NCBI RefSeq assembly: GCF_009914755.1
Contig: NC_060943.1
Length of the DNA: 64,000 nucleotides
From: the human T2T-CHM13v2.0 reference genome, Homo sapiens
Direction: 5' to 3' (one strand)
Below the pieces are notes generated by a model, which worked only from the letters and a program-made list of their open reading frames with translations, did no database searches and had not been told where the DNA came from. Both the position numbers and the translations under genes were made by a program. How positions within the stretch are numbered: position 1 is the stretch's first letter; every line of letters starts with the position of its first letter. This document shows, one piece after another, positions 41,413 to 56,914 of the stretch.

Positions 41413-42407
41413 TTGCTATGGGTGGGACCACTTGGTGCGTTGCCCTTGGGGTGGCGGTGTGGTCAGTGGTCCATTCCTGCCCAGCGCCGAGCAGCGGTCT
41501 GTGCGTGGGGTCTTTGCACCCGTGCACCTGCTGAAGGGTCTCTGGAGCTTTGGCTTTTTGGCTTTTACGAGTAAAGCTGCCGTGGTGCTTGGTGTGCGGT
41601 GAGGAGTGGACAGAAGGCTCTGTCCTGGCAGGTGCCCTGCAGTGGCCTGAGACCGGGAGATGAGGGCCGGCAAGGGGCTGTGGACGAGTCCAGAGTGAGG
41701 CGGCATCTCGGAGGGGCTCACACATTGTCTCAGAAGGAGTGGGCTGGCATTTCTTTCCAGTGGGCAGCTGTTGAAGATTTTGGAGCCAAAAGAGCGTTCC
41801 AGCTCAGATGTCTTTCAGGTGGAGTGTGGCTGCAGGTGGGGCAGGCTGGGTCAGGGTGGAGCCATGTGGGCTGAGGCCCGAGTTGGGGCTGTGGCTTTGG
41901 GGCCACATGGCTGCCGGTCGGGTGGGAGCGAGTCTCTGCTGACCAGGGCCCTGGATGTTGAGCCCCAGCCGCGGGGTGTGAGGTCTCAGGCAGGACCCAG
42001 GCATTCAGACATTGGGTCCACTGTGTGTGGACCCCTGCGTCCCAGCTCCAAGGCGCTGTGTGACGGGAGGCGGCAGCAGCTGAGTTGGCGCGGGGAGACA
42101 GGGCGATTTGAAAAGCAGGCTGGGACCAAAGCATCTTGAAAACCCAAATGTAGTCACGTTGCCTGGCTTGAGTGCTGTCCAGAGCCTCGCCCTTGGCCTC
42201 TGTACGGCAGGGCTTAACAGTGGCCAGCACCTCAGGGCCACCAGAGGCCCGGGGCCACCTGGGCCTGGCTTGGCTTCCGGTGGCCCAGAACTCCTGCTGG
42301 GCTCCTGCCTCCCTCTGCAACCTCTCCTGGCTTTCGTGGGTTATGTGGGAGACACGAGTGGCTTCACCCAGCGGGAGTGGTGCACATGGGTTAACATGCA
42401 GCCACCC

Positions 42408-42582
42408 AGCTGTGTACGGGCTGCATGTGTGTGTACATGTACATGCATGTGTGCGTGCACCATGCACGTGTGTGCTGATGTACATGCATGCATACATGTA
42501 TGTGTGGGTGTGCACGTGTGCATTGTGTGCATATATGCACGTTAATGCATATGTATGTGTGCATGCCTGGGTGCATAGGTGT
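42408..42582. repeat. Degenerate (TG/CA/TA) alternating purine-pyrimidine repeat
   Basis: TGCATGTGTGTGTACATGTACATGCATGTG... read directly. Confidence 0.9.
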
Positions 42583-42698
42583 GAGCCACCTCCCTCCCCC
42601 ATCAGTGTATCCATATTGCCTCTGCAGAGCTCCATGGGGGTCCTTGGCGAGCCAGGGCTGTGGTTGTCATTTTTGCCTTCCTTACAAAACGCAAAACA

Positions 42699-43290
<592 letters not shown>

Positions 43291-43382
43291 TCAGTGTGTG
43301 TGAGTGTTTGCTGTTTCCAGGTGCAACACCCTTCCAAACAAACACGGAGCAGCCATCTTTTGTAATAGCATTTTGTTAGACA

Positions 43383-43566
43383 TAGAGTCTCATCTGGGGG
43401 CAGTCTTGACCCATGGGACACTGGCACTGTCTGGGGACATCTGTGGTGGTCACAATTCGGGGGGGTGCTCCTGAGATGGAGTGGGTGGGGGCCAGGGTTG
43501 CTGCTGAGCACCCCTCAGGGCCCAGGGTTCAGCACCGGTCAGTAGAGCTGAGGCCGAGGATCCCTG
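43383..43566 (+). mobile_element. MER20-like copy with internal deletion (intron 1)
   Basis: TGTCTGGGGACATCTGTGGTGGTCACAA...ATGGAGTGGGTGGGGGCCAGGG. Confidence 0.7.
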
Positions 43567-44384
43567 GCCTCAGATTGCATCCCCTCCATGCCACCGCCCT
43601 TCTCTTCAGGGCGCGGTGAGGGAAGGGCGTGTGGGGGTCCCTCTGGGGAGAAGGTGTTTTCACCTTCACACTCACCCTCACTCCTCCTGTCCTGGAACTT
43701 GGGTGGGTTTGACCTTTTGTGGATGAGGTGAGGGCTGAGAGGCGGATTACTACCTGAGACAATCAAAATCAATTTTCTTTCTTCTGAAAAGGACTCAGGG
43801 TGTTTGAGAAAAGTACTGGGGAGAGGCAGCTGCCACCGGGGCTCCCCACTCGGGATGTGTTGGGTGTTTTGCGAGACCCCCCACAGGGAGCTCAGGTGCT
43901 GTGGGCAGTTCCTGGGCTTTGTCGAGGGCCTCCCGAAGGCAGCACTGTGGCCACCGTGGGACACATGCAGCCTGTCTCATCTCTAGGAGCTGCCAGGTGA
44001 GGGGTCCTGCGACAGGCACCTGTGCAAAGATATCTACCATGGGCAGCAAGGAAGGTTCCAGAAAGTACCGGAGGGAGAGTTGTGTTGGGGCTTGGGGGCT
44101 TTCTAGAGCAGAGGCTGTGAGAGGAAGTGAGCTGGGTCCCAGCACCAGGCAGCCTTTAGGCAGCTGTGATTGGAACAGCACTGTGGGCAGAGGGCAACAG
44201 CGTAGGACGTGTGTGGAAGTGGGGAGGTGCCGGAAGATTCAGAGACACAGGGTGGTGAAGGCGAGCCTGGAGAAGTGGGCTGGGGGCATGCTGGGAGGGG
44301 GCGGTGACGCTTGAGTCTCTAGGGCACCGGGGGCCTGAGCAAGGTTAATACCTGAGTAGAGAGTTGAGGCAGTCTCTTTTTAGA

Positions 44385-44912
44385 AATTAGAAGTTAACTA
44401 TTGCTGTGTAATGGGGTCACCCCAAAACTTCGCAACTTAAATTAACAAAACTTATTTCAGATAGTTTCTGAGGGTTGGGAATGTGGGAGCACTTTGTTGA
44501 GTGATCCTGGCTTGGGGTCTCTCAGAAGTTGTAGTCAGGATACCAGCCAAGCAGGGGCCACATCATTTGAAGGCTGGACTGGAGCTGGAGGAGCCACTCA
44601 CAAGTTGGCTCCCTCTAGTGGCTGTTGGTGGGAGGCCTCAGTTCCTCACCACGTGGGCCTCTCCGTGAAGCTGCTTGAGGGTCCTCACAGCGTGGCGGCT
44701 GCCTACCCCAGAGCCCCTGACCCGAGACTGAGGGCAAGGAGGAAGGCCTGTGCCTTTTGTGAACTGGCCTTGGAGATGGCACACTGTCACTTCCATCACA
44801 TTCTGTTTGCTAGAAGCAGGTCACTAAGTGTAGCCCATGCTCAAGGGGAGGGGAATTAGGTTCCAGTATGGAAGGGATGAGCATCAGAGATTTGTGGACA
44901 CACTGGAAAACC
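44385..44912. mobile_element. MLT1-like LTR
   Basis: TATTGCTGTGTAA...CCCCAAAACTT...CAGTTCCTCACCACGTGGGCCTCTCC...CACTTCCATCACATTCTGTTTG. Confidence 0.65.
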
Positions 44913-45720
44913 CAGCATTGGCATCCCAGCGTGTGAGGGTGAAGAAAAGTGGGGAGACGGAGTCTCTGCCGAGGAGGTGACCAGGTGAGAGGCAGAGGCA
45001 GGAGAGGGGCTGGAGTGAGGACCCCCATGTCACCCAGAATGTGTGGGGGGCTCATCTGGAGGCTGGGGTGGAGCGACAGCTGGCCACATGGGCCCCCTTC
45101 CCGATAGTTTTTCCAGGCTGACTTGCTAATCCTTTTCATCCTCTGGGGCCCTGGGACCATCAGTGTGCCCATCTCTGAGATGGGGTGGTAGCGTACTCGT
45201 CTCTGGAAGCATTGTGGGTATTAGCAAGGTCGTGGCAGGCGTGGAGACGTAAAGGGGTTCAGGGATGTGCTCAGGGCCACCTGTGGCAGGCACAACGGTC
45301 CTGGCTGACCCCGCCACAGCACCAAGAGGGAGAGGGGAGAGCCTCGTGGGTGCTTGGTGCGCAGGGGGCAGTGTGGCCGTGGCCGCTGAGCAAAGCTCTG
45401 GGGAAGGGGGCGCCCAGCCCTTGGGGTGGTCTGTGCAGAGATGCCGTTGGGGTGAGTCCGTCTGTCAGGGCACCGCCGCCACGTCTGTGTGCTGTCCCTC
45501 TGGCGAGCATTGGTCATGAACTGGCGTGACCGTGGTGGAGCTGCACAGTCCCAGCTGCGGGGCCGGTGCCGTGCGACTTGATTTGGCCTGAGACCGTGTG
45601 GTCTTTGACGTAAATACCAACAATTGGCCCCCAGGAAAGTGTGTCCTTGCAGAACTTCTGGAAAAGGGGTGGTTCCAGTAAGACCCTGGCTTGGTGGAAG
45701 ATGGGAAGGGCGCTTTGTAA

Positions 45721-46272
<552 letters not shown>

Positions 46273-46526
46273 TGATGGGCATTGCGTGGCCAAGCCCCAC
46301 AGCCTCCCTCCCAAGTAGCTGTGGGCGCCCGCATCCTGTGGGTGGGGAAGCTGAGGCCCTGGGGAAGCTGAGGCCCTGTGAGGTGAGCCACTCGCCCAGG
46401 TCGCCTTGGGAGTAAGCAGCGTGAGCTCCTGGTTCCGGCCCCTTCCCCGGGCTGAGCAGCCTACCAGGCACCTCGTTTCGGCCCTGACACTCACCCATGG
46501 GGCTGTACTTCTCACCTTCTCACACT

Positions 46527-46865
<339 letters not shown>

Positions 46866-46894
46866 TGATAAAGTAGAGGTCATTTGATGCCCTG

Positions 46895-47510
46895 TTTTTA
46901 AATCACAGCTTTATTGAGTTATAATTCACATTCTATGCACTTCACTTGCTTAAAGTGTATAATTTGGTGGTTTTCGATATGTTTGCATAGTCGTGCAGCC
47001 ATCACCGCTGTCGGATTCCAGATTTCATTTTCTCAAAGGAAGCCCCTTCCCCATCGGCCGTCACTCCCACCCCCTCCTCCAGCCCCGGCACCCACACATC
47101 CCCTTCCTGCCTCTGTGGATCGGTCTGTCCTGAACATTTCATAGAAATGGGATTGCACGCCATGTGGCCTTTTGTGTCCGGCGTCTCTCACTGAGTGTGA
47201 CGTCCTCAAGGTGCATCCACACAGTGGCCTGTGTCAGAGCCTCGTCCCTGTTCATGGCTGAGTCATGTTCCAGTGCATGGAGGGACCGCGTATTTGCCCA
47301 TTTATCCCCTGGAGGACATTTGAGTGCCTTCATGTGTGGGCTGTTGGGAACGGAGCTGCCGTGACCGTCTGTGGACGTGTGTTTATGTGGATGATGTGTT
47401 CCCTTCCCTCAGTTGCATGCTACGCCTGGGAGCAGAATTGCTGGGTCCCAGGGTGACTCTGGCTTTGCCCTCTGAGAAGCGTCCAGAGAGTTTGCCCCAG
47501 TGGCCGCCCT
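46895..47510 (-). mobile_element. L1M(B)-type 3' end fragment, GC-shifted
   Basis: CAGCTTTATTGAGTTATAATTCACA...CTCACTGAGTGTGACGTCCTCAAGGTGCATCCAC. Confidence 0.7.
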
Positions 47511-48803
47511 ATGGGGCAGGCCCAGCAGCCGTGCAGCCGTGGCTCCTGCCAGTGGCCTCCCTGGGGCCTTTCAGCTGAGGGGCCATTGATCCCGCTTTCG
47601 TAGCCCTGCTTTCAGGGGTAGGGCTCTTGCCCTTAGATCTTGGTTTGCCACTTGCCCTGTCTCCCGCTGTGATCTCTTCCAGCTGTGGCCCTCTCTGAGA
47701 GTCCACATTCATATTTGGGCTTAGATCTCCATCAGCTTCTGAAACACGCGTCTGCAAACTGCAGACTGGTTTTGTCGATAAAGTTTTATTGGCACATACC
47801 CATTTCTGCCATGTTGCCCATGGTGCTTCAGCAGCAGCAGCAGAGCCGAGTGCTGGAGACAGTCCGTGTGGTCGGGAAGGCTGGGTGTGCTCTCTGGCTC
47901 TCTGCAGAAGCAGATTGCTGCTGTCTAATCTGGAAGTTTCCAGGGAGTGGGATTTTTGGGGTTTGTGTCTCTTTTTCCAAGTCCCCCTAGGTGTGCTTAT
48001 CCCAGCCCAGATTGAGAGGCTGGGGGCAGGGCAAGGGGAGGGCTGAAGTCGGAGTCCGGGGCAGGGAGCGTTGCTCAGAGGGGACAAGCAAGGGCTGAGT
48101 CTCCACTCTGGGGGGCCTGGGAGGGCCCCGTGGCTCCCAGAGCCCAGGGCAAGGCTCCCTTCTTTCCCATCTGGGTCCCACCCAGTATGTCCCCTCCCCA
48201 GTCCCTCAGCCAAACTGTGGCTGGTCATGTCGGCCTGTGCGCCCCGGGGACGGGGACACAGAGCATCAGGAGGGGAAAGGATGGCCCCCCCACAGTGTCT
48301 GCCCCAAAGGGTGTTCACATGTGTGTGCAAGCACGTGTCTGTGCGGTTGGCCTTCCTTTGTGACAGGGCAGCAAGCTGGGGCCTGATGCCACCCGCCGCC
48401 CAGGGTTCCGTGAGGGGGAGGCGGCTCGTGTTGGGGCACCATGTAAACTGTTGAGTGCGGCAGCTCGGGGGCCACACGCCGTCCTTAGCACCGGGTGTGG
48501 TATCTGCTCTTGATGATGTTTGATAAGCATTTTTCGGACGAAAGAGAGAAGCCGGCGGGGCAGAAACCGAGTCTGGAGCTGCACACTGCAGGCGATGCCG
48601 CTGGTTGCAACGTCCTGTGACTGGGCTTCCTGCCTCCCGGTGTGTCTGGAGAATTCGAGGCAGCGAGTGCTGGGGCTGTTGGTTAGTTCTGTCGTCGTGC
48701 TTGGTCGTGCTCGGCGCTGCACTGCCCTCCTGTGGGTCCTGGGTTTGAAGTGTGTGTGTTCTACACGTGCTTGTTCCCCACACCGTCCCCTCCCCACCTC
48801 TAA

Positions 48804-49228
<425 letters not shown>

Positions 49229-50562
49229 GTAAGTGCGGCCGCACCGCTGGCGGCCTGGGGACGGCAGCTGCGGGCCGGTGCCTGGGACCCTTCGGGAAGG
49301 CCTCCGCGGCGTCTGTGGTGCCCCCTGCCTGCTCGCCGGGGGCAGGGATGCGGTGGGCCCGGGCCACCTGGCCGGATGGAGGGACCAGAGCAGATCCCTG
49401 GAGGGGCCACGCCTTGGCAGGAGCCGGTGGACTCTGGTGTGACACTGGCCTGCTTGTATGCCTGGCCCTGCCGCTGCCCTCCCTGGGTCAGGAGTGAGCT
49501 CCTGGCCACCCTCGGTGCTGGAGCCCGGCCTGTGGCCTGTGGGGGAAACCCAGGGTCTCCTAGGAGGGCCGTGGGATGGGAGGTAGACACAACCTGGGCC
49601 GTCTCGCTCCTGCCTGGGACATCGTCCCCAGAGGCACGTCTCCCACTATTGACTGGCTGTGACCTTGACTGATGTCAGGGTTCTCCCAGTCTCTGGGCCT
49701 GGGATAGGGGGTGACTTGTGTGCTGACAGGTGGCCGGGCCATGGCCGCAGGTGGAGGCCCCCGCGTGGCAGGCTGTGCACTGCTGCCCTCCATGCTTGGC
49801 AGGCAGAGGCCCCGGCCCTCCCCCAGCACCGGGAGAGACCCTAAGGCGACAGGGACAGGCCTGTCCCCCGCCCCTCCTGCCCGTCCTCTGTGTGTTCCCT
49901 GCCTCTGGGAGGTTGTGGGAGGGCCCAGATAACCAAGCACTTGGAACAAAACGCCAGGGCCTCCTCGCGGTGCCGGAAAGGTCTGAGCAGGCACCCGGCC
50001 TCTTACAACCCCCACCCCAGGCAGACCACTCGAGGGGCGCCCCACTCAGGACTGCCCAGGGCGTCAAAAACGGGAAACTGTCCCAACCCAGAGGGCTGGG
50101 CAGGAAAAGGCATGAGGGGAACCAAGGAAGCCGGAATCAAGCGTGGACTTCAGTAGCTGCGCTGTGTAGACACTGGCTCATTGCTCGTGGTGGGTGCCGC
50201 ACCCACGTACAGGGAGCAGCAGGGAGACGGGCACGGGGATCTGCTGGGACCTCTGCAGCCTCTGCAGCTGCGACTCTCCTAATGATGCGCCTGTTTGTGA
50301 AGCCTCATCCCTGGGGCCAGCCAGGCCTCTCTCGGGAAGTCCCCTGCCCTGGGTCACCGTCTCCCTCCTTGGTGGCCGTCTCTGGACAGCTCTACTACAA
50401 ACCCCCCGAACCAGCTGGAGTCCTCGTCCTGGGACTTTCTCTTGTGCTGGGTCATTTCTGTCCCCTGAGACCCCAGAGAGGATAGAGGTTGGGAGGCTCG
50501 TATCCCGACCCCAGGGTCTCCATTGGCCCGAGCCCTCCGGGCTGCTTCAGACACTGCCGTAG

Positions 50563-51170
<608 letters not shown>

Positions 51171-51430
51171 CCATTGGTCTTCATCCTCAGTGTGTGTTTG
51201 ACCAGGTCAGGGGATAAGATTTATCTCTAAGTATGTGTGAGCCAGGGCCACACAGGGAAGGAGCTGTGGGGCTGTGGGGGGCGTGGCCACATCCATCCAG
51301 ACCGGCAGCCGAAGAGACCTGGCAGGGAGGACATTTGACAGGGCCTCCAGGACGGGCCGGGGGCCTGGTTGGAGCCAGCATGGGGCTGGGGTCTGGAGTG
51401 CTGGCCGGAGCAGGGGGTGCCGCATGGTGC

Positions 51431-51755
51431 GGGAGGGGTCATAGGGACTGAGGCTGCCAGGGGAGGGGGCTCATGGGGACCGAGGCTGTGAGGGGAGGAG
51501 GGGTCATAGGGACCGAGGCTGTGAGGGGAGGGGGGAGGTCACGGGGACCGAGGCTGTGAGTGGAGGAGGGGTCATAGGGACTGAGTGGGGAGGAGGGGTC
51601 ATAGGGACTGAGGCTGTGAGGGGAGGAGGGGTCATAGGGGCCGAGGCTGTCAGGGAAGAGGGGTCATGGGGACCGAGGCTGTGAGGGGAGGAGGGGTCGT
51701 GGGGACCGAGGCTTTGAGGGGAGGAGGGGTCATAGGGACTGAGTGGGGAGGAGGG
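51431..51755. repeat. G-rich 33-bp minisatellite (VNTR-like, ~10 units) in intron 4
   Basis: Unit GGGACCGAGGCTGTGAGGGGAGGAGGGGTCATA, with shortened variants. Confidence 0.93.
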
Positions 51756-51989
51756 CTCCAGGCTGGGGTGGAGGAGCTGGGTGGTGTGGGGTGGATTCTG
51801 TTCTTCACGGGCTGCCCCTGCGGATCCTGCTGGGCCTCCGGGGCTCCAGGTCCACTGTGGCTGGGGGCCGGCCAGCAGAGCCGGGTTCTCCCTGGGGACC
51901 CTCAGTGGGTCCTGTGTCTGGTAGGCTGCTCAGCTGGCTGGACTCTGCTGTCCCTGGGAACGTGGACCCTGCCTGCCTGTCTCCTGGCC

Positions 51990-52420
51990 CCATATAACAT
52001 CTCCAGCGCTGAGGTCCCGGCTTTATGCGTGCCTGTCCTGGGCTGCTGGTGTCGGGCGTGAGACTCCCACCGCAGGCCTTATTCCCGCCCAGTGCTGGAG
52101 GCCAGAAGGCTGAGATGCAGGTGTGGGCCGGGCCAGGTCCTTCTGAGGCTGAGGGGATCTGCCCAGGCCTCACTCGGCTCCTAGTGGCGGCCGCATCCTT
52201 GGCATCCTTGGCATCCTTGGCTTGTGGCCGGGTTGCCTCATCCCTGCCCCCATCCTCATGCAGCGTCCTCCCCGCCTGCGCCTTTGCCTCTGTTCTCTTA
52301 TAACCTGTCCTTGGCCAGGGCCACCCTACCTCTGTGTGACGTTATCCTAACCAGTGACATCCGCACAGACCCTGTTTCCAGATCAGAGCCGTCCCCGGGT
52401 TCTGGTGTTCGTGCGTGTGG
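51990..52420. mobile_element. MLT1-like LTR, GC-shifted
   Basis: CAGTGCTGGAGGCCAGAAGGCTGAGATGCAGGTGT...ACATCCGCACAGACCCTGTTTCCA. Confidence 0.55.
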
Positions 52421-53000
52421 GGCGCTAGACGGCTCTGTCCTGGAGGGCCTCGCGGTGGCTCCGGTTGCGGGTGCCTTCTCCTGCAGTGCAAGCTCGCCCT
52501 GGCACTGGCCCTCATGAGGGAATGACGCCTCCCTGCCAGGGTGTCCCCACCCAGCTGGTGCACTGCCGAGGCCATTGTGAGGGTTCCGGGAAGTCTGTGG
52601 GGTTTTCCTCGAGAGCCCTGCCTTGAGACCCACCCCAGGGCTGGGGGTGCCACCCCCTGCCATCTGCCTGTTCTCCCCACCCGTCCTCCCAGCTCGGCCT
52701 CCCAGCGCAGGCAGGGAGGATGCGGCGTGAAGATGGAGGCAGGGATGGAGCAACGTGGCCACAAGCCAAGGAATGCCAAGCTCTGGGATGGTTCCCGGGG
52801 ACCCGAGCAGGCGCTGGGCCCTCAGAAGCTGCGGTGTCCTCTCTGGACATGGGCGATGGTGTATATTGTTACGAGAATTCAAGTTTTTCTTCTTTTTTAT
52901 TCACACGGGGCCCATGACCCCAGGATACAGCTGAGGCGAGCCAGGCATAGGCCAGGTTGTGGCATGAATGTCCCCTCACAGCCCCACGCTGGCCTCTTAA

Positions 53001-53415
<415 letters not shown>

Positions 53416-54635
53416 CCGGCTGTGCCCTCTGTGCCGGGTGCAGACCCCCGTCCTGAGCCTACTCCTCTGCCACCATTGTTTCTCTGCCAGCCGCCTCTGT
53501 CCACCACACGCTGGCAGAGGGCCGGCCAGGTGCTGTGGGATGCAGCTGGAGGCCTTGAAGGCCGGTGGGATCGTCCCAGTGCGTGAGGAGAGGCTCCTGC
53601 TCCCTCAGGTGGGGACAAGACACGGGGGGACCCGGATCCCAGCCCTGCCGGCCGCCGCAGGCGTGCAGGAGAGGCCTCGCGCTCCAGACGGGCTGTGGCC
53701 TGGTGTCGGCACACCCACTGTCCTCCCGCCTGGCCACAGCTGCTGGTGCGGGCCCTCTTGTCCCTTAGAGTCACCTGGCACATCTGTCATCCACCGGTGC
53801 TTGCTGGACTCCCCCGCAGACCAGACCAGGTGGATTTCACCACTCACATGCCCAAAGCAGCCCCGCTCTCCTCGGCAGAGTTGCAGGGACCCCGGCCTTC
53901 CCTGGGGCCTGGGGCCAGGGCCTGAGGGGCACTCTCCGCTTCTGCCTTTGTATTCTTTCAAGGAGACCAAAGTGCCTTTTCTCGTTATAGAAAACTTAGA
54001 AAAGTCACAAGTAGAAAGAGGCAAACGTCCCGTAAGGAACGCACGCCCGCAGACATCGTCTGAGCTGATTTTCTTTCTCCCGCCTGTGCGTGGCCTGAGA
54101 GTGTGAGGTTGAGCTGCTCACCACGAGGGGCAGGGCGCTGCGCCTGCTCTTCTGCCCCAGGAGGATACCGGCAACTCTGCCCTCTGCAGCCGTCACTGGA
54201 GGGTCCCTGCAGGGAGCAACTGTGGCATCAGTGTTTACTCCTGCGAGTGACGCTTGGTGAACATCTGTGTCCCTGGCCCAGTGAGGGGAAAGGCTTCTGT
54301 GCTCAGGGTGACATCCAGATGCCAGATGTAGGGTCCCTGGGCACCCATCGCAGGTTCCCGCAGCAGCTGGCGCCCAGAATCCTCTGGGTTCTCACACCCC
54401 CACACTAGCGCCCGCTTCCCTGGGCCCAGTGGTCTCAGGCCCCTTTGCCAGTGAGGGAAGGGTCTGCGGTGGTCACCCCTGGAGGCGGTGCGGCCGCTCT
54501 CTGAGAGCGTCCTTGCCCGTTCTAAGAGTGGGGGCTCTTCCTGCTCCAGCCGATGTCAGTCTGGTGTGGCAGGAGGGGCTTGGGTGGGAGCCGTCCTGGG
54601 ATTGCAGATTGGGCCTTGGGGCGCCAGGTGGCTGA

Positions 54636-55525
<890 letters not shown>

Positions 55526-56518
55526 CACGCACACTGCCAGCGCAGCCCCGTGGGGACCTTGGTGGTAGTCCCTGCATCCTCCTCTGTGCCCTACTGCCCC
55601 CACCCTCGGACCCGTCCCTCCCTACGTGGCCCCTGCCCCACGGGGTATGTCAGGGCAGCTGAGCACTGAGGGTCTTCACATGCCCAGCCCTCTCTGGGCC
55701 TGGGGATGGCGGCCAGGGGAGGGTGTTGTGTGCCCTCGTCTGTGTGGTCAGTGGCTGCCGTTAGTGCTGTCACCACTCAGAGCTGTCCCTGCCAGGCACA
55801 GTGAGGCCCTGGGCAGCTCTGGCGCCCTCATTTCCACCCCGGATCTGTGCTCCTCCCGTGAGTCTCGGGTGTCATCTTCGGGAGGGCCCCTCAGGGTGCC
55901 CTGCCTCTGGATGTGCAGCGAGAGGGAGGGGTCTGGCACACGGTATAGCCTCGGCCGCTGGCTGCAGGCGCAGGGCCCTGCTGTCCCTGGGCAGGGGAGT
56001 GGCGGGGGGCGCTGCACCTGCTCCAGCCGCACGTGGCCCCTGCCCAGCAGCCTGTCCTGTGGGCTCAGAGAGCCCTGGCCGGGGGAGGCCAAGGGACTGG
56101 GGCATAGACCCCTGTCCCACCAGTCCCCAGAGCAGCCCCTTGAACACCCCCAGGGGCCTTTCCACCGGGGCAGGCAGGAGTTACTGGGCGGGTCGCCTGC
56201 ATTGTCCAGGGTGGTGGAGGGGCAGGGGTGGCCGGTGGGAAGCAGCGCCCCTGCTGGAGCCCCTGGATGTCTCTGAGGCCTGGCTGCAGCAGGGGCACCG
56301 TGGGTGGGTGGGGGCCACTGTTCCTGCTCTGTAGGCTCTGTGCCCAGCCCTGGGGGCCTCTCCTCTCACCCTGGGCCTTCGCAGGGCAGCCATGCCAGAG
56401 GCCTGCCCTGGAAGGCTGTGGCTGTGGAGCTGAGTGGATAGAGGCCGGCAGAGGGCTGAGCAGAGGGAGCAGCGGGGGGTGCAGAGCCCCAGGTTGGAGG
56501 CCTGGGCCGTGACAGTAG

Positions 56519-56914
<396 letters not shown>

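Noticed and set aside
41730-42635. 301-aa minus-strand ORF with a His/Thr/Cys-rich segment
   Set aside because: The unusual composition is the translation of the (CA/TG) simple repeat.
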